Notes: generated by a model from the letters alone, not told the origin. Shown: positions 40,897-50,346, counted from the stretch's first letter. The stretch is DNA of 64,000 nucleotides from an uncultured SAR86 cluster bacterium (GCA_902566955.1 CACFKX010000001.1:1813-65812); one strand, 5' to 3'. Program-made: numbers and translations.

Positions 40897-41896
40897 TAAC
40901 TTTCGGTGAATCAATTAAAAACGAATAATCTTGATCTAAAATAGGGATTCCTTTTATTTTAGGATAAGCTCGCTTTGAGTCTCTGCAGTAATAAAAATCT
41001 TCGTAATCCAACAAGGTTTTTTTGGAAATTGGACATACAAACTTTATTAATTCTTCATTTGGTTCTAAATAATCCTTTTTTTCAATAATATAGCAAGCGG
41101 TATGATTTAGAGGGTTAGCACTATTTTTCATTAAAAAAGATTCCTTTATGGTGATGTCCTGCCTTTGCGACAAGAATTGATCTAGGCCTCTAAAATAATC
41201 ATTTTTGATCATTTTTAATTTCTGAGATAAAGAACCTTTTTCAAATGAAGGTTCAAAAAGGACGATGCTTTTTCGGGATACCCTTATCATTTCACTTAAC
41301 GCAATATTAAAAATTCTAGGCATCTGCTCTAGTGTGTGTCTTGAATAGACCAGGTCAAAAGAAGAATCTTCAAAAGGAAGACTAATTGCATTTGATTTGG
41401 AGAGATTGATATTAAATTCGTGCCTTTTTTCAAATTCTTCTAGGCCATGTAGCAATCTATTTAGGGAAAGATCAATCGCAAACATTTTTGAAATTGAGGG
41501 CCTATGGGAGTAAATACTTTCCATTGTAGTAAGTTCACCTGCTCCAACTTCTAAAATAGAAGAGAATTCAAGATTATCTAATATTGAATTGCATTCTGTT
41601 CTAATTAACTTCATGTTTTCAATGCTTGATATTTTTTTTACCTTATCGTTGACAACACAATATCTTTCTTTGCCTACATGATAATTATCTTTTATGTAAG
41701 AACCGCTAATCCTGTCATATTGTTCCTCAACAAATTTTTCATCTCTGACTTGTCCTTTAAATATATGAAAAGGTATTATCAATAAACTTGAGAGAAGAAA
41801 ATAATATTCTTCTCTCTTCCAAGAATCTTTCTGCATTAGTAGAAGATCTAAAATTAAATTTATAGAGTTATTAAATAGTTTTGTTCTAGTTTTCAT
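40886..41896 (-). CDS. Class I SAM-dependent methyltransferase fused to a Trm112-like C-terminal domain
   Basis: 336 aa; ILEVGAGELT motif I, FDLVYSRHTLEQM, C-terminal FVCPISKKTL...YPKIKGIPIL. Confidence 0.65.
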   Translation of the reverse strand: MKTRTKLFNNSINLILDLLLMQKDSWKREEYYFLLSSLLIIPFHIFKGQVRDEKFVEEQYDRISGSYIKDNYHVGKERYCVVNDKVKKISSIENMKLIRTECNSILDNLEFSSILEVGAGELTTMESIYSHRPSISKMFAIDLSLNRLLHGLEEFEKRHEFNINLSKSNAISLPFEDSSFDLVYSRHTLEQMPRIFNIALSEMIRVSRKSIVLFEPSFEKGSLSQKLKMIKNDYFRGLDQFLSQRQDITIKESFLMKNSANPLNHTACYIIEKKDYLEPNEELIKFVCPISKKTLLDYEDFYYCRDSKRAYPKIKGIPILDQDYSFLIDSPKVTNF

Positions 41897-41905
41897 AACT
41901 TGAAA

Positions 41906-42691
41906 TTAAGAATCGTAATATATTTCATAATTGTATTCTCTCTTCTTTTCAGTACCTCTCATAAAATCTTTTCTTTTGAAAAGAAAAATAAATATCACTG
42001 TTAACCACTCTTTCACATGATTAAATAAATTTAAATTACTTAATTGATCATCTTCACGCCAACTTAAAGGAAAGAATTTAAAACTTAGTTTTTTTGCAAC
42101 TGTATAGAATAAAAGATAATAATTGAAAGTTAATCCGTTGGGAAAATTCAAATAAAATTTATCCTTTAACATCTCTACATTGTATAAGTTTAAACCTGCA
42201 CCCATATCTTTTATGACTCTTCTTGAGATAACTGACCCAATTAAATTTATACCAATATTTCCATATATCCTAAAATTTGAATAACCTTCTAATTTTGACT
42301 GTTGCATAAATCTGGAGCCGAGCACACAATCTAAACCTAAATAACTTTTTTTATTTATCACGGGTAAGATGTCCCTTATATCGCCTTGATCATCTCCGTG
42401 CACAACAACTAAAAAGTTATAATCATTATCTACAGCATAATTGAAGGCAACTTTGTGAGAACCCCCTAAATTATAATTTTCCAAATTTATAACGATCGTA
42501 ACTGAAAGATTTTCAATTTTCTTTAATGCCTCTTTTGCAACAGCCACACTGTTATCTGTGCTTCCATTATCTACAATTAGTATCTTGTCAAAGTTTTTAC
42601 AAACATCGCTATCAACTTTATCTAATACTCTAGAAATCTGATTTTCACAGTTATACATTGGTATAAAGATTAATTTTTTTAATTTACTCAT
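41906..42691 (-). CDS. GT2 polyprenyl-phosphate glycosyltransferase (GtrB/ArnC-like)
   Basis: 261 aa; IFIPMYNCENQISRVL..ILIVDNGSTDNS, HGDDQ, hydrophobic C-terminal segment; adjacent to GtrA. Confidence 0.65.
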   Translation of the reverse strand: MSKLKKLIFIPMYNCENQISRVLDKVDSDVCKNFDKILIVDNGSTDNSVAVAKEALKKIENLSVTIVINLENYNLGGSHKVAFNYAVDNDYNFLVVVHGDDQGDIRDILPVINKKSYLGLDCVLGSRFMQQSKLEGYSNFRIYGNIGINLIGSVISRRVIKDMGAGLNLYNVEMLKDKFYLNFPNGLTFNYYLLFYTVAKKLSFKFFPLSWREDDQLSNLNLFNHVKEWLTVIFIFLFKRKDFMRGTEKKREYNYEIYYDS

Positions 42692-42708
42692 ATAAAAAGA
42701 ATTTAATT

Positions 42709-43128
42709 TTAATAAAATCTAATTTTATTTGTCATTAATGCATTCATAAAGAGAAAATTCATATACAAGGAGAATGGGATCACGAAAATTTTTGGATAAA
42801 GTGGAATTACGTCCAAAAATCCAGTTAAAAAAACGATTAATATGGATAAAATATAAACTCTAAAAATATTGAAAAATATATATCCAACGAATTTAGTCAA
42901 AAGAAATTTTGAATCATGAATAAATGTATATTTTGCTGAAGAAAAATAAACAAAACTGACAGCAAAGAAACCTGCTGTTACATTAGAAAAAAAAATTGAA
43001 ACACCAAGATATATTAATGTTGAAAAAATAACTAAATCTATGGTGAGACCTAATCCAGAAAAGAATCCGAAACTAAGTAAATTAAGAGATTTAAACTTAT
43101 TAATTATTTTGTTAATTAATAAATTCAT
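42709..43128 (-). CDS. GtrA-family small membrane protein (putative lipid-linked sugar flippase)
   Basis: 139 aa, 4 TM segments, GLGLTIDLVIFSTL..AVSFVYFSSAKYTF pattern. Confidence 0.65.
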   Translation of the reverse strand: MNLLINKIINKFKSLNLLSFGFFSGLGLTIDLVIFSTLIYLGVSIFFSNVTAGFFAVSFVYFSSAKYTFIHDSKFLLTKFVGYIFFNIFRVYILSILIVFLTGFLDVIPLYPKIFVIPFSLYMNFLFMNALMTNKIRFY

Positions 43129-43157
43129 AAGGAAATTTAAAAAAAAAGGTTTGTAAA

Positions 43158-43529
43158 TTAGATATTATGTTCGGATTCTAATCTACCATCGCCTCGATTG
43201 GTATCATCTTCAAGCCTTATTACGTCATCAACTTCAGGAGTGGAAACTTCTTGCAAAATGATGTCAGTAATGGCGATTACTCTATGTTTTTTTGGAGGTT
43301 TTACTGTAAAAAAATCTCCAGCTTTCATAATTTTTTTTTCAACAATACCCAAATCATTTTCAAGCCATACTTCTGCTTCACCTTCTATGATGAAATTTGT
43401 CTCCAATTTCTCCTTATGGTATTGATAACTTGTCTTAGTACCCGCATTGATATATATCCTTTTATAACAATACCTATCATTTAACTCGAGCCACTCTTCC
43501 TTACCCCAGGGTTTAGAAACTATTTTCAT
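43158..43529 (-). CDS. Cupin-domain protein (type II PMI-like)
   Basis: 123 aa; KPWGKEEWL...TSYQYHKEKLETNFIIEGEA...QEVSTPEVDDVIRLEDD. Confidence 0.65.
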   Translation of the reverse strand: MKIVSKPWGKEEWLELNDRYCYKRIYINAGTKTSYQYHKEKLETNFIIEGEAEVWLENDLGIVEKKIMKAGDFFTVKPPKKHRVIAITDIILQEVSTPEVDDVIRLEDDTNRGDGRLESEHNI

Positions 43530-44523
43530 AATGTTCAGTAACCTCCACTAACGATTCAATAATTGTTTCAGATAAATCTTCGTATTGATTTATTTGATCA
43601 AATATAATCTTATACTCGTCTGTTGCAAAATGATAATGGCCTGCAATATTTATACATAAGAACTTATTTTCTGGAGTATTATCTTTAAGCCATTTTTTCC
43701 ATTTTCCACCTTTGTAAACTATCTCTGCCCAAGATTCGAAATCTATCCCATAAGCAAGACATTTATTAATTATAATTCCAGTTTGGATTACTCCATATTG
43801 AGGGGCAATATTCATAGCATCAACGATGCCCTTTCGCTTAGCTATTTCTTCCGAGGTTAGATAATCTGCATTATGTTCTTTAAATTTAAGGCCTTTGGAT
43901 CTTATTAACGATGAAACTTCCTTGTTGAAATCTGAATTAAAATTGCCCGCTTGATTTATTTCCATAACCCAGCTTCCTGTTTGTACAACAAAGAAGTTAG
44001 GGTCACAAAATGAAGTGAAATAGTCAATCTCATTTTCTATTTCGTCTATTGAATTGAATGCAAAATTATCGCCTAAATTTTCATCTGTTCCAATTTCTAT
44101 TAATATCTCTTCATTAAGTCCTTTACAAAATTCAATAGCTTTTTTGGATTCTTCTAATTTTTCTTCGAAAGTGCCTTTGTGATGACAAAAGTCAATATGA
44201 ATGAGATCAAATCCATTATTAATATCTTCTTCGATAGTTTGATAAGTATCTTTAAGATCGAAATTGCCTGTGAAGCCAGGGCCGCAGTGATCCCTGCATA
44301 ATAAAACATCGCTAAAAGTATATTTATCTTTTAATGTTTTTAAATGTTCTGAATATTCCTTCGTAGACCACCCATTTACATATCCGCCAGAATGATCAAT
44401 CTGATTTTTAGATGCTATAAGCATTAACTGTTTTCTATTGAAATTTGAGTATCTATAAACTGCCTCTATAGCCTCTGAGCTCATAGGACCTATACCGAAT
44501 TGAGCTGTTATTTCTTTAGCCAT
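43513..44523 (-). CDS. GatZ/KbaZ-like (tagatose-bisphosphate aldolase accessory / ketose-6-P epimerase family) TIM-barrel protein
   Basis: 336 aa; LMLIASKNQIDHSGGYVNGWSTKEY resembles GatZ/KbaZ IEATSNQVNQFGGYTGMTP, plus CRDHCGPGF. By-eye similarity only. Confidence 0.45.
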   Translation of the reverse strand: MAKEITAQFGIGPMSSEAIEAVYRYSNFNRKQLMLIASKNQIDHSGGYVNGWSTKEYSEHLKTLKDKYTFSDVLLCRDHCGPGFTGNFDLKDTYQTIEEDINNGFDLIHIDFCHHKGTFEEKLEESKKAIEFCKGLNEEILIEIGTDENLGDNFAFNSIDEIENEIDYFTSFCDPNFFVVQTGSWVMEINQAGNFNSDFNKEVSSLIRSKGLKFKEHNADYLTSEEIAKRKGIVDAMNIAPQYGVIQTGIIINKCLAYGIDFESWAEIVYKGGKWKKWLKDNTPENKFLCINIAGHYHFATDEYKIIFDQINQYEDLSETIIESLVEVTEHYENSF

Positions 44524-44593
44524 AATTTATCTAGAAATGATCGATAATCAATAATTTTTGAATTATATACTATTTTATTTTCAGGGTTTTTAA

Positions 44594-46162
44594 TTAATTC
44601 AAAGATTTATGGATCATTGATCTCCCTAGGAAAAATAAAAGATGATCAAAAGGATCATGATGCAAAGGTGACATATTTAAATAGATGATACCTGTGATAA
44701 TTTTTATTTTTTTTAAATTAAGTCCATTATCTAGTATGAACCTTTCAAATATATCTTTAGCATCCATTAAATTACTATTCAAATCATATTGATAAAAAAC
44801 CTCGTCATTTGTCATCTCAAATGAAAATTTGTTATTTTTTATTGATTGATAAGAAAGAATCATTCCTCCGTAAAGTTTAGCTAAATCGTAATACATGTCT
44901 CCATATTCAATAAGTCCTGCGAAATCCTGCCTCCAATCTAATATTTTAAAATCGCCATTATCTTGAGATAAGACATTATCAAACTGAAGATCGCCATGAA
45001 ACCCAGTGGGAATTCCATTAGTAATATCATTCCAGTCTATTTTTGAAAATAGCTCATCCACTGACGGAACTTTTCTACCATTAATAATAAATTCTTTATC
45101 AATAATTAAAGTTTTTTTAAAAAACTTTTCTAATCTTTGATTTGTCTTATCTATATAGAAATTTTTGCAGGCTTTCTCAAATTCTTTCTTGTCTTTTATG
45201 TTTTTCAGTTTTTTTTCAATCCATAGATTATCTTTACACCAACTAAGAAAATTTAGAAGAATATGGTCATTTAGAACATCGTAAAGGACGTTTCCATCTA
45301 ACTTATTATAACTATAAAAATTAGGTGCACTATTTTCTATCTTTGGAGCAAGGCCTAAAAGCAATTTTGATCTTTTTACCCTGTTTTCAGCAATGTTTTC
45401 ATCAGCAAAATATTTTATGACTCTATTCTGAACAAAATATAAAAATTCATCTCCTTTACTAAAATCAAATTTCTTTTCACCTCCGGATAAATGGCTATTC
45501 GTGGTAATAAAATTCTCCAAAGTGCCCGTATCAAACCAAGTAAAGCCTATTGGCTCTAATTTGTTCTCCAAAAGAGATTTAAATCCATTTGATACCTGGA
45601 TTTCACCACTTATTGGTTGTTTATTTTGCTCTAAAGAATTGAAAAAAATTTCATAATCTTTCACACCAGCAAGGCCTATAAAGGCATATTTATTATTAGT
45701 TACAATCTTGTCATCTATCTGAATAACCAAATTATCTTTTATTTTAACTGTACAAAATTGTTCGGGGTTCTTTACAGGAGAAATTCCAAACCAATTCTTA
45801 TCTAATTCAGGAATATCCTCTAGAACAATTGTATCAGAAGCAAAAAATATAAATGGACATTGAAGAAAATCTCTACAAGCCAATAATGAATGTCCAGGAC
45901 CTGAACCAGGTCCTATATATTTATCTATTTCTACATAAGTAATATTATTTTCTGGATGAGCGAGATCTAAATAATTCTTAACTGTCTCTTTTTTATGTCC
46001 TACTGCAATTACAAACTCAGTATCTTGATCAAATTTTTCAATAATATGAGAAATAACTGCTTTAAAATTAATTGGCAATATAGCTTTACTGACGTTTTCA
46101 GATAAAGGGCCCATCCTGCTGCCTACTCCAGCCGATAAAATACATACTTTGTAATCATTCAT
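44594..46162 (-). CDS. Fusion: sugar-phosphate nucleotidyltransferase (N) plus APH/choline-kinase-like kinase (C)
   Basis: 522 aa; N-terminus ILSAGVGSRMGPLSENVSKAILPI; C-terminus HGDLQFDNVL (Brenner HxDxxxxN) and ILDWRQDF. Confidence 0.7.
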   Translation of the reverse strand: MNDYKVCILSAGVGSRMGPLSENVSKAILPINFKAVISHIIEKFDQDTEFVIAVGHKKETVKNYLDLAHPENNITYVEIDKYIGPGSGPGHSLLACRDFLQCPFIFFASDTIVLEDIPELDKNWFGISPVKNPEQFCTVKIKDNLVIQIDDKIVTNNKYAFIGLAGVKDYEIFFNSLEQNKQPISGEIQVSNGFKSLLENKLEPIGFTWFDTGTLENFITTNSHLSGGEKKFDFSKGDEFLYFVQNRVIKYFADENIAENRVKRSKLLLGLAPKIENSAPNFYSYNKLDGNVLYDVLNDHILLNFLSWCKDNLWIEKKLKNIKDKKEFEKACKNFYIDKTNQRLEKFFKKTLIIDKEFIINGRKVPSVDELFSKIDWNDITNGIPTGFHGDLQFDNVLSQDNGDFKILDWRQDFAGLIEYGDMYYDLAKLYGGMILSYQSIKNNKFSFEMTNDEVFYQYDLNSNLMDAKDIFERFILDNGLNLKKIKIITGIIYLNMSPLHHDPFDHLLFFLGRSMIHKSLN

Positions 46163-46626
46163 TGGCTATTATCAAATTCATTTATAATTTTTAAACATGC
46201 ATCCAGAACTGCCCCTTTTGCAGATTCTGAAGGAGTAACATAATCAGCCGCTATTTTTGCTTCAACTCTAGCATTCTGCGGAGCTATACCAAAAAGACAA
46301 TCCGATAAAATATTTGCATCATAAAAACCGTCTGCCATGTAAATTATTCTTGAAAGACCATATTTATCTTGAAGGTAATTATACCTCTCCTTTGATGACA
46401 CTAAAGAAAGATTAAAACCCATATCTTCCACAATTCTTTTAGAAGACACCGCAAAGCCTCTTTTATCAGCCGAGATAAATTCTATTTCTAATTTATCTTT
46501 TAACATTTTCAATCCATCATTATCATGAGGGCCAAATATTTTGTATTCCTTCCCTGACTCAGAATATAGAAATTGTCCAGTTGTCATAACCCCATCCACA
46601 TCCAAAACAAATACTAAATCTTTCAA
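46159..46626 (-). CDS. KdsC/YrbI-family HAD phosphatase (ulosonate-phosphate phosphatase type)
   Basis: 155 aa; VLDVDGVMTTGQ, GKEYKIFGPHDNDG, MADGFYD, GAVLDAC, parallel to E. coli KdsC motifs. Confidence 0.7.
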   Translation of the reverse strand: MKDLVFVLDVDGVMTTGQFLYSESGKEYKIFGPHDNDGLKMLKDKLEIEFISADKRGFAVSSKRIVEDMGFNLSLVSSKERYNYLQDKYGLSRIIYMADGFYDANILSDCLFGIAPQNARVEAKIAADYVTPSESAKGAVLDACLKIINEFDNSQ

Positions 46627-46628
46627 AT

Positions 46629-47429
46629 TTATCCTTCCTCTAAAATAGATTTAATTAAATACCGAGGTGCTTCTTTACCAGTATAAATTTCGAATTGTTT
46701 TGCAGCTTGGTACACACACATTTCTATTCCGTTTATAGTTTTCTTCCCTTTATCAGATGAAACTCTTATTAGTTTTGTAGAACGAGGATTTATAACAACA
46801 TCCATAATAACCTCAAACTCATCAAGTGTTTTCTCTAAAACGACCATCTCATGTTTATTATTCATTCCAACAGAAGTTGAGTTGATAAGCATATACCCTG
46901 ATAAACTATTTAATTGATTCCAGGGAATAAACTCTAAGTTCATTTGTGTCGCTAAATCTTTGGAAGATTTATCAGTTCTATTCGTGATAGTTATATCTCC
47001 TCCTAATTGTAAGACAGCTTTTATGATAGCTTTTGCAACCCCCCCCGCACCTACAATTACTACTCTTTTTTTCATTAGATCTAATTTTCCAATAGCTTCT
47101 TTAACTCCAAATAAGTCAGTATTAAATCCTTTTAGGGTTCCATCTAAATTTGAGATTGTATTAACTGCTCCAGTTGTTTCTGCAGATGAGTCTAGTTCAT
47201 CAATAAATTCCATCACTCTTTCTTTGAATGGCATAGATACACTGCACCCCCTTATATCCAAAGATCTAACTCCAGAAATTACAGATTTTAATTGAGAAGT
47301 AGTTGTAACTTTTCTTGGTAAATATAACCAATTCATCTGCAGATCCCTGAAAGCTTGATTATGAAATTTTGCTCCAAAATCACCAGGATTTGATGCTATA
47401 GATATGCACAGATTTGTATTCTTATTCAT
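46629..47429 (-). CDS. Shikimate dehydrogenase (AroE)-family oxidoreductase
   Basis: 266 aa; CSVSMPFKE, GAVNTI, GFNTDLFG, VVIVGAGGVAKAI, ITNRT, INSTSVGM. Confidence 0.75.
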   Translation of the reverse strand: MNKNTNLCISIASNPGDFGAKFHNQAFRDLQMNWLYLPRKVTTTSQLKSVISGVRSLDIRGCSVSMPFKERVMEFIDELDSSAETTGAVNTISNLDGTLKGFNTDLFGVKEAIGKLDLMKKRVVIVGAGGVAKAIIKAVLQLGGDITITNRTDKSSKDLATQMNLEFIPWNQLNSLSGYMLINSTSVGMNNKHEMVVLEKTLDEFEVIMDVVINPRSTKLIRVSSDKGKKTINGIEMCVYQAAKQFEIYTGKEAPRYLIKSILEEG

Positions 47430-49407
47430 AAATTTTCTCTAATTCTGCAAGAACACTAGCTCCATTATCATCTACAATATTTTTGATCTTAAGGTTATTG
47501 TTATCCCAAAGAGACTCAAAATTAAAATCAATTTTTTTAACACTTCTATTATTATCTAGTATATCTAGATTAACTTTTGAGTCCCAAGGCCAATTTGTTA
47601 ATTGATTCCCAAATCTAATTCCTTTCAATAGTATAGGTTCATTGGAGCCTGACAACTCAATACTAAAATCTTTCTTATGGGTATCAAATATAATTGGTAT
47701 TTCAGTCCAACCTAAAAATGGCCCTTCTAATATAAAAGATTGGTTTTTATAAATTACATTAAGTGCAGCGCTTTGATTTCCCTCTATATTTAAATATAAA
47801 TCTTTATTAAGAACAGATTGAGGATTGATAAAAATCTTATTTTTATTATTTATTAAAATATTTGAATTTAGGCCATTCTCTATTACTGGATTTTTTGTAA
47901 CTAAGAACCTTATATCTTTTTGCAGCCAAAAATCTTCCGATGGTGTATCTTTAATTAGTTCATTCCATATAAATCCTCTTTTTAACGAACCATGAGTAAG
48001 ATAAAAATAGTTTATTGCCTCTCCTATTCTATCTCCAATTCTTACACCAGTTAAATACAAAACTCTATCTTTTGGAGAACTAAGCAGAAGTAATTTCTCA
48101 ACCTGTGAAACATCCAAAGAAATGTTATCAAGGTTGATATTTTCTTTGATTTTATGTTTTGCTTTATCGATGTTATTAAACAAAGTAATGATAGATAAAA
48201 AAATAACAAAAAAACTCAAAATAATTTTAGGCAAGGAATATATATTGGCTTTCAGGTTATCTAATTTTATTGTCTCGAGTAAGATTTTTCTATTCTCACT
48301 TAAAAAAATCTGACTACCTATAACTCCTATAAATCCATAAAGAAATATATAAAAGATAGGAGAAATTCTATAAAGAATAGTTGATCCAGCATCCCCAGGA
48401 ATATTTGGAAAAATTAAAGAAGAAAGAAAAAGTCCTGACAAAATAAAAGACATTATTAAGACATTTTTTATATGGATATTCTCAATTAAAAATAAACCAG
48501 AAAGAGTAAGTATGATTGCAAGGGGAATACTTATAAAGTTTTCATTTAAAAAATAAAAAAAACTTTTTATTCCTTGCCAATTTCTTAAAAACATTTCTTT
48601 ATAAGAATTATTAACTTCATAAAGCGCCGTTAAACTTATCTCTTTAGAAGTAAAATCTATATCTACAAGTAAAAAAAGCCCAATCAATACTAAAGATATT
48701 AAAAGCTGAAAAAAAACTTTAAGATTTATAGAAAATTCTTTTAAAAATTCTTTTAAGGAGACAAACACTAAAGAAACCATTATGTATATAACTCCTACTG
48801 GATGGCTCATTGAAGAGAAAAATAAAGCTATAGTGCTTATCGAAGTATTTATTAAATAATTTCCCTTCATGACATGAAAAGACCATGCTAATAAAGCAAA
48901 AGAGAATGAGAACATTACATAATTTACTTGTAATAATCCATGTCCCATCATACTCCAAGCAATTAAAGAAATAAGCGCTATAGATGCAGGGACTATTCCA
49001 AAGAAATTGACTAAAAATAATACTATTGAAAAACATACTAAAAGCACTCCGAATAAATCTGTAATCAATTTAGAGTCTTCATAGGAAATTTCTAGTTGCC
49101 TTAATGTTGCAATAACTGACGAATATAGAGGGTGATAAGAAAAAAGTATCCTATGTTCCTGCCTATCTGCAAACATGCCCTTCTGGTTGTCTTCAAAGTT
49201 TTGGTTAGTTTGCAGATAAATATCATCCAGAGCCACGCAACTACTTTGCAAGCAATTCACAAGATTAGAAGCTTTTAAAATTGCGTGATAAGAATCATCA
49301 GGATCAGATGGAATTTTTCTATCGACCTCTGAAGAAATCATATAGTTGAACTGAAATGAACAATAAAAAATTGAGATTATTGTTAGAAATAACTTACTTA
49401 GATCCAT
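47422..49407 (-). CDS. Large polytopic membrane protein with C-terminal soluble domain; putative GT-C-type glycosyltransferase
   Basis: 661 aa; about 12 TM helices in residues 1-400, then a roughly 250-aa hydrophilic domain. Same unit as the GtrA/GtrB-like genes. No motif-level assignment. Confidence 0.4.
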   Translation of the reverse strand: MDLSKLFLTIISIFYCSFQFNYMISSEVDRKIPSDPDDSYHAILKASNLVNCLQSSCVALDDIYLQTNQNFEDNQKGMFADRQEHRILFSYHPLYSSVIATLRQLEISYEDSKLITDLFGVLLVCFSIVLFLVNFFGIVPASIALISLIAWSMMGHGLLQVNYVMFSFSFALLAWSFHVMKGNYLINTSISTIALFFSSMSHPVGVIYIMVSLVFVSLKEFLKEFSINLKVFFQLLISLVLIGLFLLVDIDFTSKEISLTALYEVNNSYKEMFLRNWQGIKSFFYFLNENFISIPLAIILTLSGLFLIENIHIKNVLIMSFILSGLFLSSLIFPNIPGDAGSTILYRISPIFYIFLYGFIGVIGSQIFLSENRKILLETIKLDNLKANIYSLPKIILSFFVIFLSIITLFNNIDKAKHKIKENINLDNISLDVSQVEKLLLLSSPKDRVLYLTGVRIGDRIGEAINYFYLTHGSLKRGFIWNELIKDTPSEDFWLQKDIRFLVTKNPVIENGLNSNILINNKNKIFINPQSVLNKDLYLNIEGNQSAALNVIYKNQSFILEGPFLGWTEIPIIFDTHKKDFSIELSGSNEPILLKGIRFGNQLTNWPWDSKVNLDILDNNRSVKKIDFNFESLWDNNNLKIKNIVDDNGASVLAELEKIYE

Positions 49408-49526
49408 TGATAGTGTATTTTATATATTAATCAAATTACATGGGTCTTTTTTAGAAGATTCTATTAGAATGCTATTATTCAATTGAACTTTAATCACAAT
49501 ATATTAATTTTATAAAATAGTTTGAT

Positions 49527-50339
49527 ATGAAGAAAATTAAAGGCGTTATTAAATTTATAATATTTCCTTTGAGAAAAATATTTACCAAATTATTTATTGA
49601 GCCTTCGGTTCTTGATTCTCATATAAACAGAAGAATTTGGCATGAAACAAATGCTTTTAGGTGGGCATCAGCTTATATAGTTAAAAATCAGATCTCGGGT
49701 GACTACTTAGAATTCGGTGTATGGAAAGGTAACAGTTTCATTGAATCTTATAATCAGATTGAAGAATATAGTCGAATGTTTTATGCGCCTGATAGTACTT
49801 TAGGAAAAGGGGATAAAGATCTTACAAACATGTTTGATGAAATGAGATTCCATGCCTTTGACAGTTTCGAGGGTCTATCAAGCTCATCAAATAGCAATGA
49901 ACCAGTTCAATATTTCAAAGGTAATTATAAAGCTGAAGAATCTTTATTTAGGAAAAGATTAGAAGAAGCTCAAATAGATATGTCTAGGGTCACAATTACT
50001 AAAGGTTGGTTTAATGAAACCTTGATTAAAGAGACTTCTAAAAAGTTAAGTCTAAAAGAGGTAGCTATTTCTTATATAGATTGTGATTTACATGAACCGG
50101 CTCTGGATGCTCTCAACTTTATAACGCCTTTCATCAAAACTGGTACCGTTCTGATATTTGATGATTGGTTCAGGAATAAAGGAAATGTGAATGAGGGTGT
50201 TCAGGGAGCAGTGCTCAGGTGGTTAAGAGAAAATGAAAATATTTTTTTGCAACATTTTTATAGTAGCGACACAAGAACTACTCTCTTTATAGTTCAAATG
50301 GATGCAGAAAAAACTGATAAAAATATTAACTCCGTGTAG
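49527..50339 (+). CDS. TylF/macrocin-O-methyltransferase-like SAM methyltransferase
   Basis: 270 aa; GDYLEFGVWKGNS and YIDCDLHEPALDALNFITPFIKTGTVLIFDDW. Confidence 0.65.
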   Translation: MKKIKGVIKFIIFPLRKIFTKLFIEPSVLDSHINRRIWHETNAFRWASAYIVKNQISGDYLEFGVWKGNSFIESYNQIEEYSRMFYAPDSTLGKGDKDLTNMFDEMRFHAFDSFEGLSSSSNSNEPVQYFKGNYKAEESLFRKRLEEAQIDMSRVTITKGWFNETLIKETSKKLSLKEVAISYIDCDLHEPALDALNFITPFIKTGTVLIFDDWFRNKGNVNEGVQGAVLRWLRENENIFLQHFYSSDTRTTLFIVQMDAEKTDKNINSV

Positions 50340-50346
50340 TTTAAAA

